Origin: Octopus vulgaris
Lineage: Eukaryota
Assembly: GCA_951406725.2 (NCBI GenBank)
Contig: OX597816.1
Span: forward strand, 142,724,001 to 142,788,000
Reading direction: 5' to 3'
DNA length: 64,000 bases
A program made the translations under genes and the position numbers. A model generated the notes under the pieces. That model ran no database searches. It saw only the letters and a program-made list of their open reading frames with translations, and was not told the DNA's origin. The stretch's first letter is position 1. Every line of letters begins with the position of its first letter. Positions 41,060-53,040 of this stretch are shown in pieces.

Positions 41060-42865
41060 CAGTTTTCAGAGTTGGCACTCTAAATGTAGGCACATTGAAA
41101 GGTAGGTCTGGCGAGATTGTAGAGATGTTTGAACGGAGATGTGTTGATGTATGTTGTGAACAAGAGGTAAGATGGAGAGGAGCTTCAACCAGAGTCCTCA
41201 CAGGCCAAGCACATAGGTATAAACTCTTCTGGGAAGGTAATAGTGATGGTATAGGGGGTGTGGGCATACATCTTGCAGAGAAATGGGTGGATAAGGTCAT
41301 AGAGGTATTGAGGGTGTGTGATAAAGTACTTAAACTCAGGCTAGTCTTGCAGAATAGTATAACTATAATTATCTCTACCTATGCCCCACAAGTGGGCCTG
41401 CCAAATGAACAGAAGGATCACTTATATGATATTCTTCTGCAGGCTACCTCAAAGACAAGTGACAATGATCTCATCTTTGTGGCTAGAGATTTCAATGGGC
41501 ATGTCGGACAGCAATCTGGTATCTTCCATAGTGTACATGGGGGCCATGGAGTTGGTACCAGAAATGAAGAGGGAACTAGGCTCCTGTAGTTCTGTGATGC
41601 AAATAATCTATTGATCTGCAACACCAACTTCAGGAAGCCAGCTAGCCACCTGATAACCTATCAATCAGGTGACTCTGCTAGCCAGACTGATTTCATTCTC
41701 ATCAGACAGCAGGATGCATGGTTGCTCTTAAATACAAAGACCCTCCCTGGTGAAGATTGTACCTGCTTCCCAACTTAGACTAGTTAGACTTGAAGCCAGA
41801 AGGATGCCAAACCAAAAATCCAGACCAATTTGGAAAAGAAGTACTTGAAAGCTTGGGAACCCTTCACATGGTCAGAGATTTAGGGATATCCTTACCAAGC
41901 AATTTGATGGTAGGGAGAAGGAGCTACAGTCCTGTGACATAGAAGGCAGCTGGGAATTCCTGCAAGACAGCTTGCTGAGTGCCACAGACCAAATCTGTGG
42001 CTGGTACAAAGTCCCTTCCAGACCTAGTGTAACATGGTGGAACAATACTGTAGACAGGGCCATTAGAGCAAAGAAACAGACTTGGAATGCCTGGAAGAGT
42101 GGGGGTAGCAGGAGAATGTATCAGATAGCCAAAAGGGAAGCTAAGAGACAAGTATATATAGCCAAGGAAATAGCAGAAAAGAAGTTTGCCAATGTTCAGT
42201 GACATGAGGACCAAAGAACTGAGGTATTTCAGATTGCAAGACAGTGTGTGAAAGAAAACCACGATGTCATAGGAAAGAAATGTGTCCGAATGGATGATAG
42301 TACCCTTGTATTTAGTGATTCTGCTAAGAAAGAGGCTTGGAGAAGCCATTATTAAAAAGACTGCTGAATGTGGAGAATGAATGGGAGGAGGGAGCTCCTA
42401 CCTCTGCTAAGGGCCGCTCACTCAGGGTGAAAGGCAGACTGTATGATGCATGTGTGCAAACTGCCGTGCTACATGGCAGTGAAACATGGGCCATGAATGC
42501 TGAGGACATGCGCAGGCTTGAAAGAAATGAAGCTAGCATGATATGCTGGATGTGTAATGTCAATGTGCATACACGACAGTGTAAGCACCCTGAAAGAAAA
42601 GTTGGACATAAGAAGCATCAAATGTGGTGTGCAAGAGAGGCAACTGCACTGGTATGGCCATGTGTTACCTATTAATGAAGACAGCTGTGTGAGGAAGTGC
42701 TACTCCCTAACTGTAGAAGGAACCTGTGGAAGAGGTAGACCCAGGAAGACATGGGATGATGTGGTGAAGCATGAACTTCGAGCACTGGGCCTCACAGAGG
42801 CAATGACAGGAGACCAGGACCTTTGGAGATATGCTGTGATTGAGAAGAGAAGGCAACTAAAGTGA
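41060..42865 (+). pseudogene. RTE ORF remnant (APE, linker and C-terminus; RT missing)
   Basis: ORF pieces 41095-41589, 41972-42202, 42337-42675 and 42557-42865, with stops and frameshifts. Confidence 0.88.
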
Positions 42866-42953
42866 GATCACAGCCACACATGTCCAGCCCTGATGCATAA
42901 GGTGATATGATATGCTTCAGAAAACCTGTTGAGTCAAGTAAAACCAATATCGT

Positions 42954-43342
42954 AGCTGGGGCCAGTGCTCCCTGACTGGCTCCAGTGCCGGTGGCACATA
43001 TAGAGCACCATCCGAATGTGGTCAATGCTAGGCCTGCCTGACTGGTTCATGTGCTAGTGGCACATAAAAAGCATCAACTGAACATAGCCGAAATGCCAGT
43101 GCTGCTTGACTGGCTCCCGAGCCAGTGGCACATAAAAAGCACCATTCAAATGTGGTTGATGCCAGGTCTGCCTGACTGGCTCCTGTGCTGGTGGCACATA
43201 AAAAGTACCAACCGATCATAGCCGGTACCAGTACCCCTGACTGGCTCTTGTGCCAGTGGCATATAAAAAAAGTCCATCCAAATGTGATTGATGCTTGGCC
43301 TGCCAGACTGGCTCCTGTGCCAGTGGCATGTAAAAAGCACCC
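42954..43342 (+). repeat. Tandem array of six 65-68-bp units in the RTE 3' UTR
   Basis: Recurring gccag...actggc.gtgcc(a/g)gtggcacataaaaagcacc core; two alternating unit types. Confidence 0.9.
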
Positions 43343-43654
43343 ACTACACTTTTGGAGTGGTTGGAGTTAGGAAGGGCATCAAGCTGTAGAAATATTGCCA
43401 GATCAGATTGGAGTCTGGTGCAGCCACTGGCTCTCCAGACTTCAGTCAAACCATCCAACCCATGCCAACGTAGAAAATGGACATTAAATGATGATGATGA
43501 TGTCTACAAGGTGCATGGTTTCTTGAGGTTGTCTGAATGTACACAAATGTGTTAATTGTAACATATTTTATTCAAGGCTGCTCTACTTAATTGACAAACC
43601 TTTGCACACATCGAATATACTATTTGCTATTCTTAGATATAAGGACTACTGTTC

Positions 43655-43755
43655 TTATAGGGCCATGAAAGAATTGGTTCTGTATTCATAGTTGATGAAG
43701 CATAATTATGCAGAAATGTATGCATCCTATGTTCTGATGATGTCATTCATAGCCC
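43655..43755 (+). ncRNA. Degenerate type I hammerhead-ribozyme-like repeat, copy 2
   Basis: catag-TTGATGA-a-gcataattatgc-a-GAAA-tgtatgca-TC-ctatg. Stem I catag/ctatg is perfect, stem II is palindromic and stem III near-palindromic, the site is AUC, and the first core C is mutated to T. Confidence 0.6.
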
Positions 43756-44539
43756 AATGTGTTTCCACACATTGTCTATGAGGGTTCTTGTCCTAAGATT
43801 ATTTTCACAATGAAAGATCTTTTTTAGTAGTTTATATAATTGTAGATTTGTTTAAAAATTCCACATATGCTGTGCTAGTACCCAGTTAATCATTGCACAC
43901 ACACAACATTTTGTTTCCATTGTGTGTATTCTGTTTTATAATTATATTTTGTTTTCTTATTAGCTTCATCTGGTGAAAGGGCTGTCTTTGTGGATTCATT
44001 GCGATCCAAGATCTAATGTATTACTTTTCTGTTACCTAATGTATTTGTTTTGTTATCAATTAGATCACAGGTTTATTTATTAATTCTTGTCCAGTTTGGA
44101 AGTGAACAGAAACCTGTGACACTTATTTGAGTCACAGGTATGAAAATTAGAAATAGAAATCCTGGAATGAAAATTAGAAATAGTAAATACATGTTTGTGT
44201 GTGTGGTTCTGATTGTGTGAGTGTGTTTTTCTAAATGCATATATGCAGCCCTATATAGGTATTTGCATACATGTATGGGCATATACACATACCTGTGCCA
44301 ACATGTATCTCCATGTATGCATATCGATACATGTATATGTTTGTGTGCATGTGTTTGTATAATGAATTGTACGCCTACTTATATGTGACCTGAATCTCAT
44401 TACTACTATAATGCTTTCACACATCAATATTCATTTATAGATTGATAATAAAACATGATGATACCTTGATAAAAGCAAATAGCCAAAGGGAAGAAGTCTT
44501 ACATACATGCCTGACTATATATGACAGATGAGGTGAAGA

Positions 44540-44910
44540 AGGAGGGACAAAGCATTGAAGTCAAACAAGTTTAGCTTTGCTGTAAAAATGATTGATTAAG
44601 TGAAGAACAGTTCTTTAACCTGGATACTATGATAAATTGCTGTGGTAGTGATGGTGAATGTAAAGATAAAGTTGTCTTGCTTGCTTAAAGGTGTTTGAAT
44701 AGATAAAAAGCAGACTAAGAGGCCAATAAAGTCTGTGGGCTATTTAAACTTCATATTGGTCACCTTTTGAGATCTGCTAACTTCAGTAAAAAGAAGTCAA
44801 TTGATGTAGTTATAGCTACATTGAAAGATCAAAAACAGCTTGTGAAATCTGTCTTCAAGGAAAGAATATGAAAGAAAAGAATACAGATGAAGGCAGTGAA
44901 AGTAATGATG
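44540..44910 (+). pseudogene. Ancient RTE-like RT C-terminal relic
   Basis: Remnants resembling VxxFxYLGxxI and KxRLxKxxVW; heavily mutated. Confidence 0.3.
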
Positions 44911-45412
44911 TGACACCATTTAAACTTTTGTAACTATATTTCAAATAAATTGTTGTTTAGCTCTGGTCAGCTTTGATCAAGCTGATTTATGAGAGGCATG
45001 CCAGCTGTGACTATCCACTCTTTTTTCTCCCTGTTATAGTGCATCTAGAACTACATTATTGAAAATGTCCTTTCTTCCATCCTTCCTTTTAAGATGGTAG
45101 GTGTAATTCAGCTAGTTCTAGTAGGTCGAGCAACCACAGATGTCCATCATTAACTTCATTTCTAATGTGTAGACTGCCTTATGTTTCAAGTAATTTTTAA
45201 TATAAAAAAATTTTTGGTGGTGTTTAGTAAAATATATATTTTATATATTTGTATATATTATGTTGATCAACAGATATCTTGCAATAAAATTGATGTTGTA
45301 ATAAGATTTTAATACATTTTATTTTAGATATGAATACTTTAGTACAATTAGTAATATGTTTGTTTTAGAAAAGTCTTCACTCACCATATATGTCAAACAT
45401 GAAGAAAAGTTA

Positions 45413-46670
45413 TCAAGTCATTAAGAATAAAATGTCCGATTTTGAATTGAAAGTTTATTTTACTCTATCTCAACAAAAAGTAATGCAGTTAATCAAAGTA
45501 TGCACCTAAATTATCAACACAGTTTTGTCATTTTATCAGTAGCTTATTTATGCTGGCAGTGAAGAATTCTGGAGAGCAAGAGGTGATGAAATCATGAAAG
45601 GCTGTTTTTGCATCTTCTTTGGATTTGAAGTTTTTTCCTTGCAAGCAGTTGTCTAATGCCTGGAAAACATGATAATCAGTTGGTGCAAGGTCTAGTGAAT
45701 AAGGTGGATGACAGAGTACTTCTAAGTTCAATTACTGTAACTTCAGTGGCATTCTTTGTGCAACATGTGGTCAAGCATTGTCTTGCAAGAGAATTGGCCT
45801 GTCTTTATTGACCAATCCTGGTTGTTTAATTGCAAGTTCACTCATTTCATCCAATTGGTTGATGTATACATCTGCTGTAATTGACTTACCAGGTCTCATG
45901 AAGCTGTAGTCGATGACACCAGTGGTGGATCATCAAACAGACACCATTAGCATTTTTGTTGAATATTCTTTTTGGGATTATGTTTTGACACTTCATCTCT
46001 ATTCAGCCACTGTGCAGAATGCTTGCTATTGTTGAAAATAATCCATTTTTCATCACATGTAACAATATGATACAAAAATGACTTGCTTTTATGCCGTGAC
46101 AGCAAAGAACACCAAGTTTCAAGATGACGTGTCATTTGATGCTCGTTCATTTCGTGTGATACCCACTTGTTCAGCTTCTTTACTTTGCTGATTTGTTTCA
46201 GATGGTCTAATACAGTTGGAATTGAAACATCAAACCTTGTTGCTAACTTATGCATAGTTTGAAATGTATCTGTTTCCAATACAGTTTCCACCTCATCATT
46301 ATCCACCTTGGTCTCAGGTCTAGCATGTGGTTAATTTTCAAGAGTAAAGTCTCCAGACTGGAACTTCTCAAACCGTTGACGTACAGTGTGCTCATTCGCC
46401 ACATCTTCACCAAACACCTCATTGATGTTTCGAGCTGTCTGGGATGCACTGGTTCCTTGACAGAACTCATTCATAAACAGCACGAATTTTTAATCTGTCC
46501 ATGGGTTCACAAGAAAACACAATATAATCAGACACTATAAATTGCATTTCAAAAAGTGATGATGTAACTCTTCAACGTTGTAAAGCAAAGAATTGTTAGG
46601 ATAAAACTGAGTTAATGACTATCGAACTTGGTGCATAAGAAATTTGGATATTTCATTCTTAATGACCTGA
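45413..46670 (-). mobile_element. Full-length decayed mariner, cecropia-subfamily-like
   Basis: 31-bp TIRs (26/31 match) flanked by TA. Transposase remnants from ATG 46502 to TAA 45489: WVSHEM, IVTCDEKW, LQDNA, HPPYSLDLAPTDYH. Confidence 0.92.
45489..46502 (-). pseudogene. Degenerate mariner transposase with multiple stops and frameshifts
   Basis: ORF fragments 45528-45731 and 45947-46306 carry DD34D motifs. Confidence 0.88.
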
Positions 46671-48319
46671 TAATTGATAACTAACATACAAATTTCATGT
46701 TTGCAATATAGTGAAATGGAAATTTTTAATTTAATGAGATTATCTATGCAGTTATTATGCAAAATTTCTTTTCGGATGGAGGACAGAGGTCTCTTTGTTT
46801 AATTATGCAAATAAGCAAAGGCAACAGTTCCAATAAAATCACGAGTGAATTTTTTAGAAAATATAGAAGATGCATTATTGGAGTGGATTTAATGATACTT
46901 CCCCAAGGTGCTATGAAGTGGACTGAACCTGAGATCCTATAGCAAGCAAGCAAGCAAACTTCTTACCATGCAGCTATGCCTGCACCTACTGCATATTAGG
47001 CACAAATTTGGTAAGGTCTCACATATGTAATATGAATTGAAAATTTTTAACTAAGATTATCCAGTTAAAGTTATAGTTGTTACCTCTTTCTTCAAACATT
47101 CCCCATCTCCCTCACACACTCTTGCCACTCCGTCCACTCACACTCATGGTTCCTCTATCCCAACTCACTACTACTCACCCAGACACCTCATCACTACTAT
47201 TTTATTGCTTTCCAGCTTCACCAATCACAGCCACTCTCTCCTAGAATATGAGAATTCATTTAGCACCTCCACAGCAAGAAACCTGTTCAGCTCTGGCCCC
47301 TTTCCTCATACTTTCACCCTGCATCTTCTAGCATAAAGCTGCCCTACCTCAGGATTTGTAGTCTTGCAAGATGGTGACCTCACTAGTATTGGTGTGAAAA
47401 GACTCCTAGTACACATTGTAAAGTGGTTGGCATTAGAAAGGGTATCCATCCATAGAAACCATGCTAAAGCACAATGCTGTCTTTGGATACATTACATCCT
47501 GTCAAACCATCCAGCCCATGCCAGCATGAAAACTGGACATTGAATGATGATGATGTAGAGAATATGTAATGCTGCTATTTATTAAAATCAACAATATAAC
47601 TGCCCAATAAGACTTATACAAGCTAATTGCTTTTACTAGTTATCTTAAAGACCAGATCCACTCTCATCCAGTATTTTCTATATTTTCCAAAACTTTCAAA
47701 TGAAGTGATTTTATAGCAGCTATCAAAGCATCCAACCCATACTAGCATGGAAGATATTAAACGATGATGATGATGCATGTGTGTGTGTGTATGTATTATC
47801 TGTGTGTGTTTGTGTACATGTGTGTTCTTGTATTTAAATTTTCAGATAATTGGTAATCAAATATATAACTTTTAAAAGGGAAAAATGAAGGTATTTTTGT
47901 GTTGCGAAGGTTACTATGAAGGTTCCTTTTAAATATTAGCCGTCACTTTTCCCACATTTTACCAACATATCTCAGTCTTAATTTTCTATACTTCTTATTG
48001 GTGCTACACAATACTATCACCAATAATAGGTGTGTCTGTTTCTGGATTAGTCTCGTTGAAAGAAATGACATAGAACTATCATATGGAGTGTAGTCATATA
48101 TGAATGAGAGCTGACCATTAGTGAATTATTATTAGTTTTCAATATGTCTTTTGTAGTGAATATAATAGGTAAAAAAAATTAGAACAGGTTTAATGCCACA
48201 TTATTAACTTCATAGAAAGTAGTTGTGAAGCTTGAATTGTTGATGAACAGCTTAAAAATAGAAAGACAGCAATCTTTCTTATTTGTAGTACCATTCTGTA
48301 AATGATGATGACAATAATA

Positions 48320-49200
48320 ATTTCTTTCAATATTGGCACAAAGCTTGTAATTTTAAATTAAGATGGCTAGTTGATTATCTTGTTAATTAATTATCTTAAT
48401 TAATCAACCCCTAAAAGGATGAAAGGCAAAGTTGTCTTTGGCAGGATTTGAATTCAAGATGTAAAGAATCAGAACTAATGCTGCAAAGCATTTCTTCTGA
48501 TGTGCTACCAATTCCGCCAGCTCACCACTTTAGTAATAATAATCCTTTCTACTATAGACATTGAAATTTTAGAAGAAGGGGCTACTCAATTACATCAACC
48601 CCCTATGTACCCCAGCTGGTATTTATTGATTCCAAGAAGATGGAGGACAAAGTTGGCCCCAGCAGAATTTGAATTCAGAACATAAAGATGGATGAAATGC
48701 TGTTAAGTATTTTGTCCAGGATGCTAACGATTCTGCCGTCTCACAGCCTTAATAATAATAATAATAATCCTTTCTACTAAAGGTACAAGGCCCGAAATTG
48801 GGGGGAAGGGAACTAGTTGATTACATCGACCCCCAGTGTTTCACTGGTACTTAATTTATTGACCCTGAAAGAATAAAAGGCAAAGTTGACCTCAGCAGAA
48901 TTTGAACTCAGAACATAGCTAAGCATTTTGTCCATTGTGCAAACAATTCTGCCAGCTTGCCACCTTAAATAACAACAAAAAATAATATTTGTTTCAAATT
49001 TTGGCACAAGGCCAGCAAGTTCAGGGAGGGGATAAGTCAATTACATTGATCCCTGTACTCAGCTGGCACTTATTTAATTGATCCCACAAGGATGGAAGGC
49101 AAAGTCAACCTCGGTGGAACTTGAGTTCAGAATGTAAGTATGGACAAAATGCTGCTAAGCATCTCTCCCAGCATGCCAACGATTCTGCCAGCTCACCACC
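48320..49200 (-). mobile_element. Head-to-tail cluster of four SINE family B copies (Meta-domain-like)
   Basis: Four units of about 200 bp with gaaaggcaaagttgacctc...gaatttgaactcagaa...ttctgccagctc, separated by (TAA)n. Confidence 0.85.
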
Positions 49201-50959
49201 TAATAATATAATAATGATAATGCTTCTAAATATTTACATAAGGTGAGTAATTTTAGTGGGTAAGTCAATTATAAAACGTCCCCACCACCACCACACCAGT
49301 TTGTACATATACACACAAAATGACTAGTGGTAGTGTAGGGAGTTCTGTTTCCTAATATTTTGATTTAATTTTGGAAAACTAAACTTTTACTCTTTTCAGA
49401 ATTGGAAAACAAGTTTTTTATTTGTAGCTTTGATATCATTTTATATTAATTATAATTTTTATTATTGATATATTTCATATATATATATATAACTGACAAA
49501 ATTCTATTAAATTGAATGTAACCTGGAAGACTATTTTTTTACTGTTTTTAGTGTAAAAAAAAACACTTTCAAATGATGTATACTATTGCATAATACAAAA
49601 TTATATTATTAAATTAAAATAGTGTGTGTGCATGTGTGCATAACCAGATTGAGACCAAAACAAGTCTTTTTCATGCTACCCAAAACAAATGAACCGTCTC
49701 CTCAGACATTCATACACACACACACACACACACACACACAAATACATATTCACAAACTTCCTTTTCTTACCCATTTAATCTCTCAATATTGAGCCAATGA
49801 AGCATCCTCTATGTGGTCATTCAACATACTAGAAACAACAGTTAAATCTCTTTGCATCTCACCCTATTATTTGAAACAAAAACAAAGGATGGACGGGTTA
49901 ATTTGCTCATAGATATCCTGAAACTACCAGCTGAACATGGCTGGATATTATCTTTCATCATGGGTCTGCTTTTAAGGAGTCTGACCTGTGGCTAAACAAC
50001 AACAGCAACAGTACCAATAACCTCTCTGTATTTTTCCAACATTCTTTCAATTCCATAACTGATATTTTTTGTATATTTTTGTTTCCATTCCCCTCACCCC
50101 TCTCTCTCTCTCATGTAACATTCTCTTTCTCACTAACAGACATGCATAGATTTTCTTTAATCTCAACTATTCTTTAGTATGTATACCAGTGACTCCCCAA
50201 ACATTTTTTTTTTCCTCTGTTTCTTTTTGCTAGTGTTGCTTTTTCTTGCTTCTATTTCATGCTTCATTTTCATCTCCTGTATCACTTTATGGAACAGTCC
50301 TCCCCTCCTCTTTTTCTTTCTCTCCCTCCCTCTCACACACATTCCATTGATGTAATTTTTTTTTTAATTTTTAAAATGATTAATTAGTGTATTTTATTAT
50401 TCTGTCCAGTAAATCTGAAAGCTATTAAATGAAGGGTTTAGTGTGGTTTATATAAAATATTTTATATTATATATTATCTTCCTTAATTAATATTAATAAA
50501 GATAGTGGAGTGGCAAAATCTGTAGACTAATTTGGCCAAAATACCTTATAATATTTATTTACTGAATTCAAATACCACCAAAGTTAACATAGCCTTACAT
50601 CTCCCCATGGTCAATAAAATAAAGGACCAGTCAGTTATCTCAGTTGTTTCATTCAACTGTTCCCACCTCCAAATGCTTGGCTCAATGCCTAATAGAAATT
50701 ATCATTCTCAATAAATGAATTATTATATAAATTCTTTTCTTTGACCACGAAATGTAGATTTGTTTTCCAGAATTATTTCAGTGTTTCCTTATTGATATAA
50801 ATCCTCTATTTAGTAAAGCTTCTATTTGCTATGAATTATTAATGGCTCATAAAATTTTCCTATTCAAGTAGAAATAATAACATCGCAAAATATCTGCTAT
50901 GGCAGATCTACACATTTAAAAGAATGTCAGTGATAATTTTAAAGTGTTTGTGTGTATAC

Positions 50960-50984
50960 ATATGTGTGCATGTGTGTGTGTATG

Positions 50985-51045
<61 letters not shown>
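50960..51045. repeat. Compound (GT)(TA)(GA) microsatellite
   Basis: Directly visible. Confidence 0.95.
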
Positions 51046-51796
51046 TTTATAGACTTACATACCCTTACATTCACACACACACATACGTTTTGTGTGTATG
51101 TGTGTGTAATAGGCTTGTAGGGGTTTAAAAAAGGAAAACAAGATCCATAACTCAGCAGCTGACTAATGAGTTAATTTTTTTTTTCATTTGTGAATAAGAC
51201 AGTTCTTTACCAATTATATATAAAGATTCACGTAAACAACTATATAGAAATGGTAAATGTTGTTCAGTACATTAACAACTTTGTGCTGTTGGATATTGAG
51301 AATATTTTATCAGCTTACCATATACTCTTTAGAAATTTCCTGTTACTGTATCCCTCTCACTTTCTCTCCCTCTCTCTCTTGCTTTCTCTTTCTCTTACTT
51401 TCTTAGACTCTTTATTTTTGTCTTTTACATATATTTCTTTCTTATATATTGAATAAATAACAATATAGCTATAGCACTGTTTTTGTAGTAATCTTGTGTG
51501 TGAGAATATGTAGATATGACTATATGCATGTATGTATGTGAGTTCTGGTTTTATTTCTCTCAAACTGAGAAAGGCTCTTTTATTGAAATTTAGATGGCAT
51601 CAACTAAGTAGTCCAGTATATATATATATATGACTATGTTGCCAGTAACATTCTCAGAAGATACTAGTTGGTGTCCATGACTGAGATACTCCTTAGTGAA
51701 CTGAGCTGTCATGTGTAGAGGTAAAACTACTGTTTAGGTCCAGATCAGCTCTGATTGTTCAGATGAGTAGTCAAAGGCATTACAACTCTAACCATC

Positions 51797-51962
51797 TTCA
51801 TCATCATCGTTTAACGTCTGTTTTTCAAGCTGGCATGGATTGGACGATTTGACTGAGGACTAGAAAGCCATGAGGCTGCACCAGGTTTCAATCTGATCTG
51901 GCAATGTTTCTACAGTTAGATGTCCTTCCTAATGCCAACCACTCCAAGAGTGTAGTGGGTGC
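51797..51962 (-). mobile_element. RTE 3'-tail copy inserted into an older interspersed repeat
   Basis: Reverse complement of the ggaagggcatcc...gatgatga tail. Confidence 0.8.
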
Positions 51963-52140
51963 TATCCTGATATTTTTTTCTCTAGGAACTACATTGCCCA
52001 ATGTAGCCTTTCATTTTTAAGAAGACAGTGTTTTGGCTGCAATTTCCAATAGGTCAAGTGATTTAATAGACTCTTTTATTGTGTGAACCAAACACAACTT
52101 GTTGAACTGCCATGTGTTGTGATAAAGCAGCTTGATGACT

Positions 52141-52535
52141 ATGGTGCATAGTGAATGCAGCTGAGTGAACTGCATGCATGGAGATTAAAGGTAGATGGGC
52201 AAGCCACAGCACATGGAGAGTGAGGGTAGCTGGGTAAGCTGCAGTATGTGGAGAGCAACAGCAGTTGGACAAGCTGCGGTGCATGGAGAGCAAGGTCAGC
52301 TGGACAAGCCATGGCGCGGGGTGAGTGAGGGCAGCTGGGTGAGCTGCAGTGTGTGGGGAGTAAGAGCAGCTGGGCGAGCTGCAGTGTGTGGAGAGTGAGG
52401 GCAGCTGGGTGAGCTATGGCACATGGAGAATGAGGGCAGCTGGGCAAGCTGCAGCACGGGGAGAGTGAGGGCAGCTGGGTGAGCTGTGGCATGTGGAGAG
52501 TGAGGACAGCTGGGCGAGTCACAGTATATGGATGC
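52141..52535. repeat. 35-bp minisatellite, about 11 units
   Basis: Consensus gcagtgtgtggagagtgagggcagctgggtgagct; nine regular units at 52206-52520 plus degenerate flanking units. Confidence 0.92.
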
Positions 52536-53040
52536 AGCTGATGTTCAGTTTCAACATGTGTTCTTAGAAAAAACAAGCAAAAAGGGAATCCCACTAGTGT
52601 GAAATTCCAGTAAGAAGGTTGTGGGCAAAGTGCTTTATATGAAGCCTTATGAGACACAGTCAGTGACATAATCGGTTGGTTAGGTAGGTTTTGTGACTGG
52701 AGAAGGTAGGTAGTTAGCTTGTTCAGAGGAACAAAAGCTATTGTCAAAGTGAAAGTAGTGGCAAAGAGTGGAAGCTAAATATTGGATTGAAGTTTATTGG
52801 AGAGTAAATATTTATCAGTCAAATTGCCTTGCTTTGTGTACTATGTAGGATGATTTTGTGTGTGTTTGTGGGTAGCAGCAATATTGTGTAAGGCATGTGA
52901 GCAATCAAGTAATATGGGCCTTACATGAGAGGATTAGGATTGAAAATAAAACTTAATTCCTGTGGTCTAGTTTGAGAGTTACATGACTGAACCTTGGGGC
53001 ACACCAGAGATGAAGAGTGTACACACTTTAATAGAGTAGT
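52536..53040 (-). pseudogene. Decayed CR1/L2/Jockey-type LINE RT fragment
   Basis: SGVPQGSV motif at about 52990-53012 on the minus strand; YKAL.. segment resembling LYKxLVRPxLEY. Confidence 0.5.

Larger units (their letters stand above)
41022..43501 (+). mobile_element. RTE-clade LINE, 5'-truncated and with the RT domain deleted; 3' UTR with tandem array and (GAT)n tail
   Basis: AP endonuclease motifs (GTLNVGT, QEVRWRG, YAPQ, DFNGHVG, RNEEGTRLL). C-terminal LHGSETW, WYGHVL and GRGRPRKTW to the stop at 42865. (GAT)n tail. The 5' boundary is approximate and no TSD is seen. Confidence 0.92.

Noticed and set aside
43963-44040. Acceptor followed by LHLVKGLSLWIHCDPRS
   Set aside because: No convincing donor and no similarity to NKAIN; the flanking NKAIN exons join directly.
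52139-52747. 202-aa minus-strand ORF
   Set aside because: Runs through the 35-bp minisatellite and a decayed LINE; no domain and a non-ATG start.
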